From: a virus
Reading direction: 5' to 3' (one strand)
Virus record (IMG/VR): IMGVR_UViG_3300033141_000944
Location: 1 to 25,701 of that record
Length of the DNA stretch: 25,701 nucleotides
Shown here: positions 1 to 8,623 of the stretch, piece by piece
How the letters are laid out: the number at the start of each line of letters is the position of its first letter
Numbering within the stretch: position 1 is the first letter of the stretch
Position numbers and translations under genes: made by a program
Notes under the pieces: generated by a model
What the model saw: only the letters and a program-made list of their open reading frames with translations
What the model was told of the DNA's origin: nothing
Databases searched by the model: none

Positions 1-1
1 G

Positions 2-268
2 TTCTCCAATCTAAATGATCTATACTCACCGTTTGATTGTCTGAATACTAATGATGAACCTAGTTTTGACAAATCAATAGCGTCAGGCTCAATACAGCGC
101 GTTGTAGGCTCTTCATTTAGTTTTTGAAAGGTAAGATACACCCAGTTGTTTTTTAACGCCTGTAAGAGCTTGTAAATGCGCCAAGCTAATCTGAAGGCTG
201 CTGTTCGTGTTGCGCATGTTGGCAACTTGAATAACGTGTTTGCTAGTGTTGTGATTTGTGATTTCATC
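2..268 (-). CDS. Small phage protein, probably WYL_2/DUF2693 (Sm-like SH3 barrel) family; runs off the left edge of the window
   Basis: Not in the ORF track; translated by hand from ATG at 268: MKSQITTLANTLFKLPTCATRTAAFRLAWRIYKLLQALKNNWVYLTFQKLNEEPTTRC...GEYRSFRLEN. The AN-LFK..AF..AW..V..TFQK..YRSF pattern resembles this family (recalled, not searched). It has its own promoter at 300-330. Confidence 0.55.
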
Positions 269-299
269 GTATTGCGTTTTAGTTGTTGTTATCTGTTTA

Positions 300-330
300 C
301 AAATGTAGCACTATTTTTCTATTCTGCAAA
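300..330 (-). promoter_or_regulatory. Bacteroidota-type housekeeping promoter (leftward)
   Basis: Minus strand TTTG (330-327), 19 nt, TACATTTG (307-300); matches TTTG-N19-21-TAnnTTTG; upstream of ATG at 268. Confidence 0.7.
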
Positions 331-412
331 TTGTTTTGTAAAAAATATTGAAAAAAGTTTCACTATACCTATATATAATAAGAAAGGTAAAAAATATTTG
401 CAATTTGTTTTG
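327..412. repeat. Direct repeats between the divergent promoters (operator-like)
   Basis: GTAAAAAATATT at 338-349 and 387-398; CAA(A/T)TTGTTTTG at 327-338 and 401-412, overlapping both -33 elements. Confidence 0.45.
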
Positions 413-439
413 CGGTTTGCGGAAATAGTTGTATGTTTG
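409..439 (+). promoter_or_regulatory. Bacteroidota-type housekeeping promoter (rightward)
   Basis: TTTG (409-412), 19 nt, TATGTTTG (432-439), followed by an A-rich leader without Shine-Dalgarno and ATG at 471. Confidence 0.7.
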
Positions 440-470
440 CTGATAGATACAAACAACTAAAACAACACTC

Positions 471-752
471 ATGACCCCACAAGAACTAACAACACAACAC
501 CTACCTTTCAAAATAGAACACCCAAGCGCACGTGGAGGAATCTGTACTATTGATTCAGAGAACTTACTAGAGCGCTGGAAGAAAGCTATGGAGAGATGGC
601 CTAACGCAATCCTGATGGAAGCTAGTGAGTCTGCCCCTGTTGATTACGTTATTGCCTGTGAAGACTTTCTACTCGAAAGAGATCGTATTGAGCAGTGGAG
701 AAAAAGCCCAGAAGGAAGACACATGAAACGAATGGCAAACTTTAATCATTGA
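471..752 (+). CDS. Hypothetical phage protein (93 aa)
   Basis: ORF directly after a consensus promoter and A-rich leader; no recognisable motif. Confidence 0.7.
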   Translation: MTPQELTTQHLPFKIEHPSARGGICTIDSENLLERWKKAMERWPNAILMEASESAPVDYVIACEDFLLERDRIEQWRKSPEGRHMKRMANFNH

Positions 753-919
753 GATATGAAAGAAAACTACAAGAGGCATACTACGGCTTGAGTCGTGACT
801 TTGAAAAGGGAATGGGTTTATTGGGAAACGCATGTAAAAATTTGGCTGAAAGCCTTAATGCGTTCAGTTCCGAAATGCCTAAACTAGAAAAGAATGAGAT
901 CACTAAAAAAACGGCCTAA
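749..919 (+). CDS. Possible small hypothetical protein (56 aa, TTG start)
   Basis: TTG overlaps the upstream TGA (TTGA): MRYERKLQEAYYGLSRDFEKGMGLLGNACKNLAESLNAFSSEMPKLEKNEITKKTA. Confidence 0.4.
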   Translation: MRYERKLQEAYYGLSRDFEKGMGLLGNACKNLAESLNAFSSEMPKLEKNEITKKTA

Positions 920-1040
920 GCACCCAGTAAATATCATCCAAGTAGTAGAGCATGAATAGTAGTAGTAAATACGGCCTCTTGAGCAAAACTGCCGTGACAA
1001 CTAAAACCGCAAATAGTAAACGTTGTCTCTTAGGTAGCAT
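903..1040 (-). CDS. Possible small hydrophobic membrane protein (45 aa)
   Basis: MLPKRQRLLFAVLVVTAVLLKRPYLLLLFMLYYLDDIYWVLRPFF; basic N-terminus and two hydrophobic stretches; last ORF of the minus-strand operon. Confidence 0.4.
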   Translation of the reverse strand: MLPKRQRLLFAVLVVTAVLLKRPYLLLLFMLYYLDDIYWVLRPFF

Positions 1041-1090
1041 GTACAAAGCTACCCAATTTCATGGACAATAGAATAGGTGTAAAAGCGTAT

Positions 1091-1137
1091 TCGTTTGCCT
1101 TTTCGACGAATCGACGCAAACGATAGACTACTTTTTT
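1091..1137 (-). promoter_or_regulatory. Candidate -1 ribosomal frameshift signal (A AAA AAG + 7-nt spacer + hairpin)
   Basis: In-frame heptamer at 1137-1131 immediately before TAG (1130-1128); 8-bp stem TCGTTTGC/GCAAACGA (1123-1116/1098-1091) enclosing TCGA-TTCG-TCGA. Confidence 0.5.
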
Positions 1138-1391
1138 TCGTCCTCGATTTCCTTCTCTACCTCTTCGCGGATGCGCTGCACTTCACGCTTGTGTTTAAGA
1201 ATGCTTCGCATGTACGCCAATGCCAACCACCCGACGGCCAATAGAAACGAACTCCACCAAGGCCAGCCCTCGGTACTTGGAATCTGTTCAGCGACAATAG
1301 GACTAGCCACACCGCCAGCGAGATAAAAAATTTGCTCAGGATCGTTCGCAATGCTATTCAACCCCTCAATAACTTTATCAACTATTATCAT
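1128..1391 (-). CDS. Holin-like small membrane protein (87 aa)
   Basis: One clear TM segment (WPWWSSFLLAVGWLALAYM) and a highly charged C-tail (KHKREVQRIREEVEKEIEDEKK); located at the end of the late operon. Function is inference. Confidence 0.5.
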   Translation of the reverse strand: MIIVDKVIEGLNSIANDPEQIFYLAGGVASPIVAEQIPSTEGWPWWSSFLLAVGWLALAYMRSILKHKREVQRIREEVEKEIEDEKK

Positions 1392-1746
1392 CTTTCCGCT
1401 TTTTTAGTCGTGCAATTCGTAGTGTTTCGAAGGTTGCAATGGTCACCATAACGCCCACCGACGTCCAAATAGAACCATAGTCACCGTGGTACATCCAGAT
1501 AGTATATTGATCGCCAATAACAAAGCCACACACACCGAGGGCAATAGAGCGCGATAGGCGTGTTTTAATCACCAACATGTTAGCAAGTATCGCAAGAGCT
1601 ATAGAAACGCGCTCAGACGTTATTAAAAACGCTGCACGCTCAAATGAACCCATCTCAAATAACTCTTGTGCATAGTACCCGCCGATAAATAGCGCGGTAG
1701 TTAAGAGCATCAATATCTCTGGTATGCCTATCTTGAGCCTCCGCAT
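1378..1746 (-). CDS. Multi-pass membrane protein (122 aa), possibly lysis-related
   Basis: About four hydrophobic segments, basic C-terminus, overlaps neighbours on both sides. Confidence 0.6.
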   Translation of the reverse strand: MRRLKIGIPEILMLLTTALFIGGYYAQELFEMGSFERAAFLITSERVSIALAILANMLVIKTRLSRSIALGVCGFVIGDQYTIWMYHGDYGSIWTSVGVMVTIATFETLRIARLKKRKDDNS

Positions 1747-1904
1747 GGTAGCGAGTTTCCAGGTGTAGTAATGCCCAAGTAAAGGTCAACCGCCGCAGCG
1801 CGTTCCGTCCAATATGTTTCTTGGTCGATTTCTTCGGCGTCGAATTGATCCGCTAAATCTTCTAGCTCTGTCTTTAATGCTGCTTTTTCTGATTCACGCG
1901 ACAT
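1728..1904 (-). CDS. Small acidic hypothetical protein (about 58 aa)
   Basis: ORF track starts at 1940; ATG at 1904 (MSRESEK...) avoids the overlap with the upstream gene and has an A-rich leader. Confidence 0.55.
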   Translation of the reverse strand: MSRESEKAALKTELEDLADQFDAEEIDQETYWTERAAAVDLYLGITTPGNSLPCGGSR

Positions 1905-1915
1905 GATGAGTGGTT

Positions 1916-2488
1916 TTAAGCGCAAATATCCTCCAAGCAATCGGTAGGTATTGCGACGTTAATGTTAAAATCTAATTGAAAATAGTGGTATAAATAGTCA
2001 ACATCTACTGGACCTACGTTCTTGTATTGCTTGTCTAGTATTTTTTTACGGTCTGTAATCCAGTTTTGGTTCCCATACTCTACCGAAATAGCGCCAATTG
2101 AGGACTTTAAAGCCTTGTTACTCGTAATAATAGCCTTGGTAATCGTCTGCATAACTCCAAAAGTAGTAGTAGAGCAGTCGTTTTCGATGAGGTCACGAGG
2201 TATAACACACACCAGACCTACAGGAATAGTCAAGTTATTAAGCCATTTACCCGCCTGCTGTGGGTGTGGCTGTGGTCTGTTTTGAACATTGTTGTTCAAG
2301 AACCAGTAACTAATCCCTCGGTAATTAGAAAAGTCCTGATTACTAAACGCATACTGAGAATCGGAGTGATACACCGCATACCACTCCTTATTCCCATCGC
2401 AAACGCGTTCGGCTAAGTCGAAGTTCGCCTCAAAAAAACCTGTTTGATAGAGCAGATTATTGTAATATGTCAGAATGTCTTGTAACAA
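1916..2488 (-). CDS. Virion protein, possibly tail terminator/completion (190 aa)
   Basis: Size, beta-rich C-terminus (YFQLDFNINV) and position in the structural operon; family not verified. Confidence 0.45.
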   Translation of the reverse strand: MLQDILTYYNNLLYQTGFFEANFDLAERVCDGNKEWYAVYHSDSQYAFSNQDFSNYRGISYWFLNNNVQNRPQPHPQQAGKWLNNLTIPVGLVCVIPRDLIENDCSTTTFGVMQTITKAIITSNKALKSSIGAISVEYGNQNWITDRKKILDKQYKNVGPVDVDYLYHYFQLDFNINVAIPTDCLEDICA

Positions 2489-2492
2489 TGTG

Positions 2493-2798
2493 TTAACTTT
2501 TCTTCAATTCTTCTAAGTGATCGGCAAACGCTAGTATATCCTTATGGGCAAAGTTAAAGCCGTCCTGTGACAATTCATGCAGCTTGTCTAGTTCAGCGTC
2601 TTCTAGCTCAATTGTTTCATCATTTACGCCAGCCACTAGCTTGTCCTGAATCTTAAAGCGTAAACGCATCTCGTTAGGATGCCACTTTCCGCCCGCAGGA
2701 GTGATTGTTAGTAACTGCCCCGCTAAATGCGAGAATTTGAGCTTTTCTTGTTCACCCTCGTAGTGAATTTCCGTTTGTCTGTTTTCAAAAGTTTTCAT
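2493..2798 (-). CDS. Hypothetical protein downstream of tail fibre (101 aa), possible fibre accessory
   Basis: Packed in the operon; acidic helical C-half similar to small proteins often following fibre genes (inference). Confidence 0.55.
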   Translation of the reverse strand: MKTFENRQTEIHYEGEQEKLKFSHLAGQLLTITPAGGKWHPNEMRLRFKIQDKLVAGVNDETIELEDAELDKLHELSQDGFNFAHKDILAFADHLEELKKS

Positions 2799-2815
2799 CT
2801 GTTGCTGTTGTTTTG

Positions 2816-3001
2816 TTAATCTTCGTCTTCGCTAAATTCGTAATTACCCTTAGATAAAGTCTCTATAATTTCGTCCTTTGTCTGTTGGCTAAAATAACTA
2901 TTTTGGGCGAAACCATTAGTAGTAAAGTCTACCCTAGTGCCTCCGATAGTCATTGAACCGTTAGTCAACCATAGGAAAAGAATTTTAATAACTTCCATCA
3001 A
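2816..3001 (-). CDS. Hypothetical protein (61 aa)
   Basis: Fills the gap in the operon and overlaps the upstream stop. Confidence 0.5.
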   Translation of the reverse strand: MMEVIKILFLWLTNGSMTIGGTRVDFTTNGFAQNSYFSQQTKDEIIETLSKGNYEFSEDED

Positions 3002-3743
3002 TAATCATTAATAGCTCATCTGCAACTGTATCTGGCGTGTGTCCCAGTCTAAACTTTGAAGCATTAAGCCCTCGGAAACCGTTACCGTTTTGAAAGGGAG
3101 TGCCTGATGTTTCGTCAATATAATCTTTGATTGCAATAACACCATCATCCTCCAAAGATTCCAATCCATTAACATACATACGAGTTAACCGCTTGATTCT
3201 AACTGTGCTATTCAGAACATTAGTAACATCATCAACTTCAATCACGGTATCCTTCATGATTTGCGTGAGGCTAGCAAGAATATCTTTGGCGTAAGACAAA
3301 TCAGATACCCTAAGGAAAACTATCGCCTCCATCAAATTCAATCTCAGTCTGCGAGACTCCATTGTCCAATCCCTGTATTCTTTTGCCATTATGGACCAAT
3401 ACCTAAAATCGTTGACCACCTCTAAAAGAAAATCCTCTTTGGTTACCAAAAACCAATGGGCAGCGATTGATTTTTCTTCAGATGTTAGTAGATTCCATTT
3501 AGCTTCTTGTTCAATATGTTCAGGTGATGTTACTTGCATTTTATTGTACACTACTTCTTTCAGCTTTTCTCGAACACATCGTTTATCTATCCATCCAGCA
3601 GTGTAAACATTTACGGCCATCATGCCGTATTTAGCTACACCATCAATCGAATTAACCTCTGCGTAACCATCGGGCATCGGTTCAGAATCCTTCAAGACTA
3701 TAACTGCGGGAACTGTCTCCCCGTCTTCAATGTAAATTTTCAT
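2985..3743 (-). CDS. Hypothetical protein (252 aa)
   Basis: Long ORF starting 2 nt after the fibre stop; no motif recognised. Confidence 0.75.
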   Translation of the reverse strand: MKIYIEDGETVPAVIVLKDSEPMPDGYAEVNSIDGVAKYGMMAVNVYTAGWIDKRCVREKLKEVVYNKMQVTSPEHIEQEAKWNLLTSEEKSIAAHWFLVTKEDFLLEVVNDFRYWSIMAKEYRDWTMESRRLRLNLMEAIVFLRVSDLSYAKDILASLTQIMKDTVIEVDDVTNVLNSTVRIKRLTRMYVNGLESLEDDGVIAIKDYIDETSGTPFQNGNGFRGLNASKFRLGHTPDTVADELLMIIDGSY

Positions 3744-3745
3744 AT

Positions 3746-5236
3746 CTATCCTATTCGGTTATATGGCCTCCATCTTGAATCAATGTGATCATACCAAAAC
3801 CATGCGGTTTCGTTAGGTTTGATGGATTTATTTCCGTTGTCTCTTAATAAAATTCGATTGGCCGCACTGCTCGTTGCTGCGTTGTGTACGAAACGAATAT
3901 CAGCCGACGCCCCGTTTATGTTGCACCATCCAATAACACGATTAACACCTGCGGGTGGAGCAGGAAATCCCCGTATTTCATTGTTATTACTATTAGTGTT
4001 AATTCGAATGATGCTTGCTGTTGCATAACCAGCTGGGGCAAAATCATCCTCATCAGTTGTTAGGTTGGGTGCTGTGACAATGTTATTAATGATAGCTGAA
4101 TCAGCAAAAGACAACTGACCAGCTCCATCTGTTATAAGCATTTGATTCACTGATCCATCGTTCATAGGATAAGCAATACCAGACACTTGAAGCTCACCAT
4201 CTTGAGCGATAGACATAGCCTCTATAAACGTGTTCTGAGTCGATCCCGTTGTGCTCGCTGGAGCAACAAACCACTTAAAGCCGCTACCAAGACCAGTACC
4301 CGTACCAGCCGCAGCGTAGAATTTGTAATCATAGTTCGCAGCGGATTCATCTGTAACACCTGACGATACGCTAGTCAAACGGAAGCTCACACCGTTAATG
4401 TCAAGTGAAGTATTCTCAATACCTCCACCGAAGTAATAGTTGATGAACTTAGCGCCGTTTGTGAAAGACCCCGTTACAAACTGATTATTATCACTGTACC
4501 TAGCGTTTCTACCTAATGCTGCTGAGTGACTGTAAGAACCTGACGAAGTCGCTCCCGTACAAGCACCAATATTAAGGACTCCATTACCACCAGTAACATT
4601 AATCCCCGACTGTGAGCCTAAAGATGAGTTTTCCGTACCTGAACTACTACTAGTGAAAGATGCATAACCTATACTGGTGTTACTAGAACCTGTGTTAGAA
4701 CTTGCGCCATAAGAAAACGCCCCTAAAGCCGTGTTTCTATCAGTGGTGGTGATGCCGTCGCCTGACAAGGCGCCTATAAAAGTGTTTTGTTTACCCTGCG
4801 TTAAATTCGTACCAGCATTAAAGCCTAGAGTGGTGTTTTCTTCTCCGTCACCCGAACCGCCTGATATACACCCAGTGGGCGACCCTTGACCTATAAAGGT
4901 GTTTCTAGCTGTGTCGTTGTCTCTGTTTCCGTCATGAGTAGCATGGATAAATAGGTTAACTCCAAGTGAATATCCTTGTTCGGCTAAAACATCAGTGGTG
5001 AAAGTAGTTCCTGACCCGCCAGCCGTGACGGTCATGGTTCCATCGGAACTAATAAGCATGGTCTCGTTCGTAGCTCCCGCCTCGATCTTAACGCCGCTGT
5101 CGTATCTAATGACGTTTCCAGCGGTTGACCCTATACGAAACTCTGTAGTGTCGCTTAGTATAATGTTTTGGTCTACACTCTCATTGCCGCGTTTTAGCGT
5201 CCTTTGTAGTGTAGGCTTTTTGATTACGTTTGTCAT
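3746..5236 (-). CDS. Tail fibre / receptor-binding protein with YadA-head-like repeats (496 aa)
   Basis: About 14-residue N-T-x-(I/L)-G repeats (NTFIGQGS, NTTLGFNAG, NTFIGALSG, NTALGAFS, NTSIGYAS, NSSLGSQSG); G/S/T-rich; fibre-type linker GSVNQMLITDGAGQLSF; separate C-terminal domain ending AWFWYDHIDSRWRP. Confidence 0.8.
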   Translation of the reverse strand: MTNVIKKPTLQRTLKRGNESVDQNIILSDTTEFRIGSTAGNVIRYDSGVKIEAGATNETMLISSDGTMTVTAGGSGTTFTTDVLAEQGYSLGVNLFIHATHDGNRDNDTARNTFIGQGSPTGCISGGSGDGEENTTLGFNAGTNLTQGKQNTFIGALSGDGITTTDRNTALGAFSYGASSNTGSSNTSIGYASFTSSSSGTENSSLGSQSGINVTGGNGVLNIGACTGATSSGSYSHSAALGRNARYSDNNQFVTGSFTNGAKFINYYFGGGIENTSLDINGVSFRLTSVSSGVTDESAANYDYKFYAAAGTGTGLGSGFKWFVAPASTTGSTQNTFIEAMSIAQDGELQVSGIAYPMNDGSVNQMLITDGAGQLSFADSAIINNIVTAPNLTTDEDDFAPAGYATASIIRINTNSNNNEIRGFPAPPAGVNRVIGWCNINGASADIRFVHNAATSSAANRILLRDNGNKSIKPNETAWFWYDHIDSRWRPYNRIG

Positions 5237-5847
5237 GCCAAGTAGTTAAAAGTTACACCCTCACCGTTAAAGTCAGAATCAATAAATACCTTAGCTAAAT
5301 CATCAATGCTGATAATAGCCACTTCTTCGGCCTCTAGCGGAGTGCCGTTGGTGCTTGCGACACCAGCTCCACCAACGTAGATAGTGCCTGTGTTAGCTTC
5401 TTTAGCCGTGACAATAACCTCAACGATTGCCGTACTAGCGCCCAACGCCTCAGCAGTTCCCGCCGTAGCAACGTCCTTAAACCCGCTAGTGATAGAACCT
5501 GCAACCTGAGCCGCAATAAGTGTATCGAGCTTAGTGTTGGTGTCCGTGGCTAGTGAAATCTGCGTAGCTTGGTTGGCCGCTGTAGCGTCACCACCACCGC
5601 CGCCACCACCAGTAGGCAGAAGACCGTTAATAAAGTCGCGCAAATCTTCAGCGCTTGTCAATCCTGCTGGGGTTGTTACGTCAGTGTAGACAACAACGTA
5701 AGAGTTTCGGCCGTCTGATACCGCTACGCGATCATCATCGACAGTTAAACTTAAGTCATCTTTAGTAAAGTCAACGTCCTTATCTCCATCTCTGCCAAGC
5801 CCCGTAATGCGAACCGCCGCGCCTTCGTCTGTGATTACTATACTCAT
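5233..5847 (-). CDS. Two-domain structural protein with poly-Gly hinge (204 aa)
   Basis: Gly7 linker (PTGGGGGGGDATAANQ) between two beta-rich domains; ATGA-coupled on both sides. Confidence 0.6.
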   Translation of the reverse strand: MSIVITDEGAAVRITGLGRDGDKDVDFTKDDLSLTVDDDRVAVSDGRNSYVVVYTDVTTPAGLTSAEDLRDFINGLLPTGGGGGGGDATAANQATQISLATDTNTKLDTLIAAQVAGSITSGFKDVATAGTAEALGASTAIVEVIVTAKEANTGTIYVGGAGVASTNGTPLEAEEVAIISIDDLAKVFIDSDFNGEGVTFNYLA

Positions 5848-6365
5848 AGCGATTGTATTTTGTTTTTAATGTTGAAATTGAATGAATCAACCATTAGCTG
5901 TTCCTCGGCACTGGTGAAACCCGTAAATATGGTTCCAAATCGCGCCTCTTGCCCTTTGATCTTTTCGATGTTCTCAGGACGATTGATTACAATACTGTAC
6001 TCTAGCTCGCCCGTTTGATTGAGTTTAAATCCAGACTCCGAGTTATTGAAGTCCGACTGTAGACTGTTGCTTAATCTAAAATTGATGAACCCCGCTTCTC
6101 TTCCTTGTTGTGCGCGATACTCACGGTAACCGCCAGCATAATAACCACCCTGAACAGGGTTTCCAGTCTTACCAGTGCCGTTGGTCGCACGCGGAGAGGT
6201 TTTAGCATTGGCGTAAAATGGCTTTGTGCTGTAACTTCCTACTTTCGAGTCCTTAGCGTTCTTCCCTTCAATGAATATGCGCTCGCTTGCCGCCGCAAGA
6301 GTGTCATTGGCAGCGTCCTTAAACGCTGAATTAACCGCCGCTAATATGTCATTAAGATCAAACAT
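5844..6365 (-). CDS. Neck/tail-completion (virion morphogenesis) protein (173 aa)
   Basis: Follows the adaptor; RIF..GK..G..YS and basic mid-region typical of HK97 gp10/virion morphogenesis-like proteins (recalled). Confidence 0.55.
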   Translation of the reverse strand: MFDLNDILAAVNSAFKDAANDTLAAASERIFIEGKNAKDSKVGSYSTKPFYANAKTSPRATNGTGKTGNPVQGGYYAGGYREYRAQQGREAGFINFRLSNSLQSDFNNSESGFKLNQTGELEYSIVINRPENIEKIKGQEARFGTIFTGFTSAEEQLMVDSFNFNIKNKIQSL

Positions 6366-7366
6366 TAAGGTAGTTTCAAAGTGGTCTTAACTGGTTGGTC
6401 GCACCTAAAGCATACTATGTCCTTTGGTGGACTCATAGTAGCAAGTACGCCCGCCATGTGCTTCTCATACTCCATATTGTACTGGTCGCGACGCTTTTCT
6501 ACGTCTTGGCGTCTAATTGAGGTGTTGCTATTCCATTGCTTTTGCTGTAGAGCGTAGTCCATAATCATCTTAGCAGATAAATAAAGGATTGGTAATGCCG
6601 CTGAATACTTAACACTGCACAACCAGTTACTAAAGTCGCAAGCTACGTTGTACTCTACCGACAAACCGCCCGTGTTATTCGAGCTGGTTACGTTCTGGTC
6701 GAGCTTCTGAGCTGCATTTAGAATAGTGCCGCCTTGGTTTCTCACATATTGAGAACTAAAACGCCATGAACTGCCTCCACAACCCGCGCATCCGTTCGTG
6801 TACACCGTGCTACGATAAGACGCAAAACTAGAATCATAGCCTACAAACAAGTTAAGTCGCTGCTTTAGCCCCGCGTAGTTCTTATTGAGTGTTACCCTAA
6901 CTTTCTCTCCCGCTACCGCGCTCACTGTAATCGTGTCTAATAGCTTATCTTGTACTAAGTCATACACAAATACATCTACGTCGCCTGTATTGTCTACAAG
7001 CAGCGTTAATGCCGTTAGGTTGAGGTTTAAGTACGAGGTAGTATTGCAAAGTTCGAGTTGAATGCCCGTAAGGCTACCCGTAACCGCCGCGTCTTGGATA
7101 AGATTGTCTTGGTAAACACCTACTCTAGTGTTATTGAGTAGCGATCCTGTTTTAAACTTTCCTCCGAAATGCGTGTTTAAGATGTTCTGCACAGACTTAG
7201 CCGCAAAGCTAACCTTGTTCTGCGCTAGCTCAATCCCACTTTCGAACTCATCCCCAATATACGAGTCTAGCTCGCTACGAGAAATGCCCAAATCAATGAA
7301 ATTGTAACCTGACTCCGAAATTGGAGTGCAAACAGAATCAACGCCTATGAAGTTATCCCAACACAT
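6365..7366 (-). CDS. Head-tail adaptor/head completion protein with inserted beta domain (333 aa)
   Basis: Immediately downstream of the capsid gene; helical N- and C-termini (LPILYLSAKMIMDYAL...RRDQYNMEYEKHM) around a beta-rich insert. Confidence 0.55.
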   Translation of the reverse strand: MCWDNFIGVDSVCTPISESGYNFIDLGISRSELDSYIGDEFESGIELAQNKVSFAAKSVQNILNTHFGGKFKTGSLLNNTRVGVYQDNLIQDAAVTGSLTGIQLELCNTTSYLNLNLTALTLLVDNTGDVDVFVYDLVQDKLLDTITVSAVAGEKVRVTLNKNYAGLKQRLNLFVGYDSSFASYRSTVYTNGCAGCGGSSWRFSSQYVRNQGGTILNAAQKLDQNVTSSNNTGGLSVEYNVACDFSNWLCSVKYSAALPILYLSAKMIMDYALQQKQWNSNTSIRRQDVEKRRDQYNMEYEKHMAGVLATMSPPKDIVCFRCDQPVKTTLKLP

Positions 7367-7368
7367 AT

Positions 7369-7415
7369 GAAAAGAAAATAGTGGCTGGATTCAGCATAGA
7401 GCCTAGCCCAGCCAC
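7369..7415 (-). terminator. Probable intrinsic terminator after the major capsid gene
   Basis: GTGGCTGG (7415-7408) / CCAGCCAC (7388-7381) stem followed by TATTTTCTTTT; the loop is long (19 nt). Confidence 0.6.
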
Positions 7416-7435
7416 CGAAGCAACAGATAAAAAGA

Positions 7436-8494
7436 TTACGTATTTACTACTTCAATAGGAGCGAAGAAGTTGATGCCATCGTAGTCTGATCCCGTTGGGA
7501 ACATATCGGCTGGCATAGAAACAACCTTAGTAGTTGAGTACAGGTTGAAACTCAAGTTCTCACAATCATCCTTGATCTTAAGGTCGTAACGTACGCCCGT
7601 CTTAGGTGAACGAACCACCATAGATACGTAGTTAGCAGATGCTTGGATGTCTTCAATCGCACCTTCTTTCCATGTTGAGTTGGTCCACTGAAGCAACTGA
7701 AGCGCTCCAGCTTGTACAGCCCATGAGAATTCGTTACCACCAGCGGCAGCAACAACACGCTTGTCCCATGCAGCGGCAAAACCGAATGCATCAACCATAG
7801 CGCCGATGTCTACACCTTGATTAGCGCAACATCCGTTCTCAACACGACGGAAGTACTTGTAGAGGTCTTGACCACCTACGATAAGCGTGTTAGGGTTGAA
7901 CAATGAAATGTTCTTAGCCAACTCAATGTCTTCCATTGCGTAAGGAGCAAGCTCGTCACTTGTACCAGAACGAAGTGTCTCTACTTCAAGAACGCCAGCG
8001 TTAACGTTTTGTACGTCAGCACCCCATGCGCCCAAGAGAGCAACCGCGTCGTTAGCAGTCTTTGTAGCTACTGCGCGGTCCATCGCGTTAATCATACGCT
8101 CGATCACTTCAAGGAAGTATGTAGCGTTGTCTTTACAGTTCTCACGGAGAGACTCTTCAGAAACCAACTCCTCTACATTGAGGCGGTCCGTTGGATCAAT
8201 AGTGTAAGTCTCGTTACAATCACCACGCTCTGTAGTAGCTACACAGCTAGTAGATGATTGAGTCGTTACTTGATCCTCTTGGATGAATTGGTTATACAAA
8301 AGCTCTACTTGGCGAACTTTGTTTTGACCTGGATGTACGAGTTGTTCTACTCCCCCTGTGTTGTTCACAATGAACTGAAGGAATGGCATTGGTTCGTCGA
8401 TCACACCGCGACCGCTGCCGTTTGTCGAAAATAAGTTGTCGAGACCGTCTTGAATATCAGGACATGCCGTCAACAACGTTGAAAGATATGACAT
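7436..8494 (-). CDS. Major capsid protein (352 aa)
   Basis: Follows the scaffold gene; HK97-like size; structured leader and downstream terminator as expected for a highly expressed gene. Confidence 0.8.
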   Translation of the reverse strand: MSYLSTLLTACPDIQDGLDNLFSTNGSGRGVIDEPMPFLQFIVNNTGGVEQLVHPGQNKVRQVELLYNQFIQEDQVTTQSSTSCVATTERGDCNETYTIDPTDRLNVEELVSEESLRENCKDNATYFLEVIERMINAMDRAVATKTANDAVALLGAWGADVQNVNAGVLEVETLRSGTSDELAPYAMEDIELAKNISLFNPNTLIVGGQDLYKYFRRVENGCCANQGVDIGAMVDAFGFAAAWDKRVVAAAGGNEFSWAVQAGALQLLQWTNSTWKEGAIEDIQASANYVSMVVRSPKTGVRYDLKIKDDCENLSFNLYSTTKVVSMPADMFPTGSDYDGINFFAPIEVVNT

Positions 8495-8515
8495 GTTTAT
8501 AACATTTTAAAAAGT

Positions 8516-8556
8516 AACCTATTCACATTATTTGGCCTGAATAGATTGAGCCACCT
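8516..8556 (-). promoter_or_regulatory. Predicted H-type RNA pseudoknot in capsid gene leader
   Basis: S1 UGGCU/GGCCA; S2 AAUCUAUUC/GAAUAGGUU; 8-nt loop AAUAAUGU; 21 nt of A/U-rich sequence to the AUG. Confidence 0.6.
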
Positions 8557-8623
8557 TAATAAAATGCTGTCTATTATGCCCGATCAGCAAGGCACATAAC
8601 ACGTCTGTCAGTAAACCAGACGA

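Noticed and set aside
348-379. Sigma70-type TTGAAA...TATAAT promoter
   Set aside because: Spacer is 20 nt rather than about 17, and Bacteroidota-type elements explain the region better.
176-511. ORFs 176-460 (+) and 311-511 (-)
   Set aside because: They run across the AT-rich divergent promoter region and oppose better-supported genes; low-complexity translations.
2797-2806. 10-nt complementarity between the capsid 3' UTR and the start region of the 101-aa gene
   Set aside because: Too short to separate from chance; revisit only if the capsid 3' RNA proves to be a regulator.
5585-5612. GC-rich CCA/CCG repeat
   Set aside because: Simply encodes the poly-Gly hinge of the 204-aa protein.
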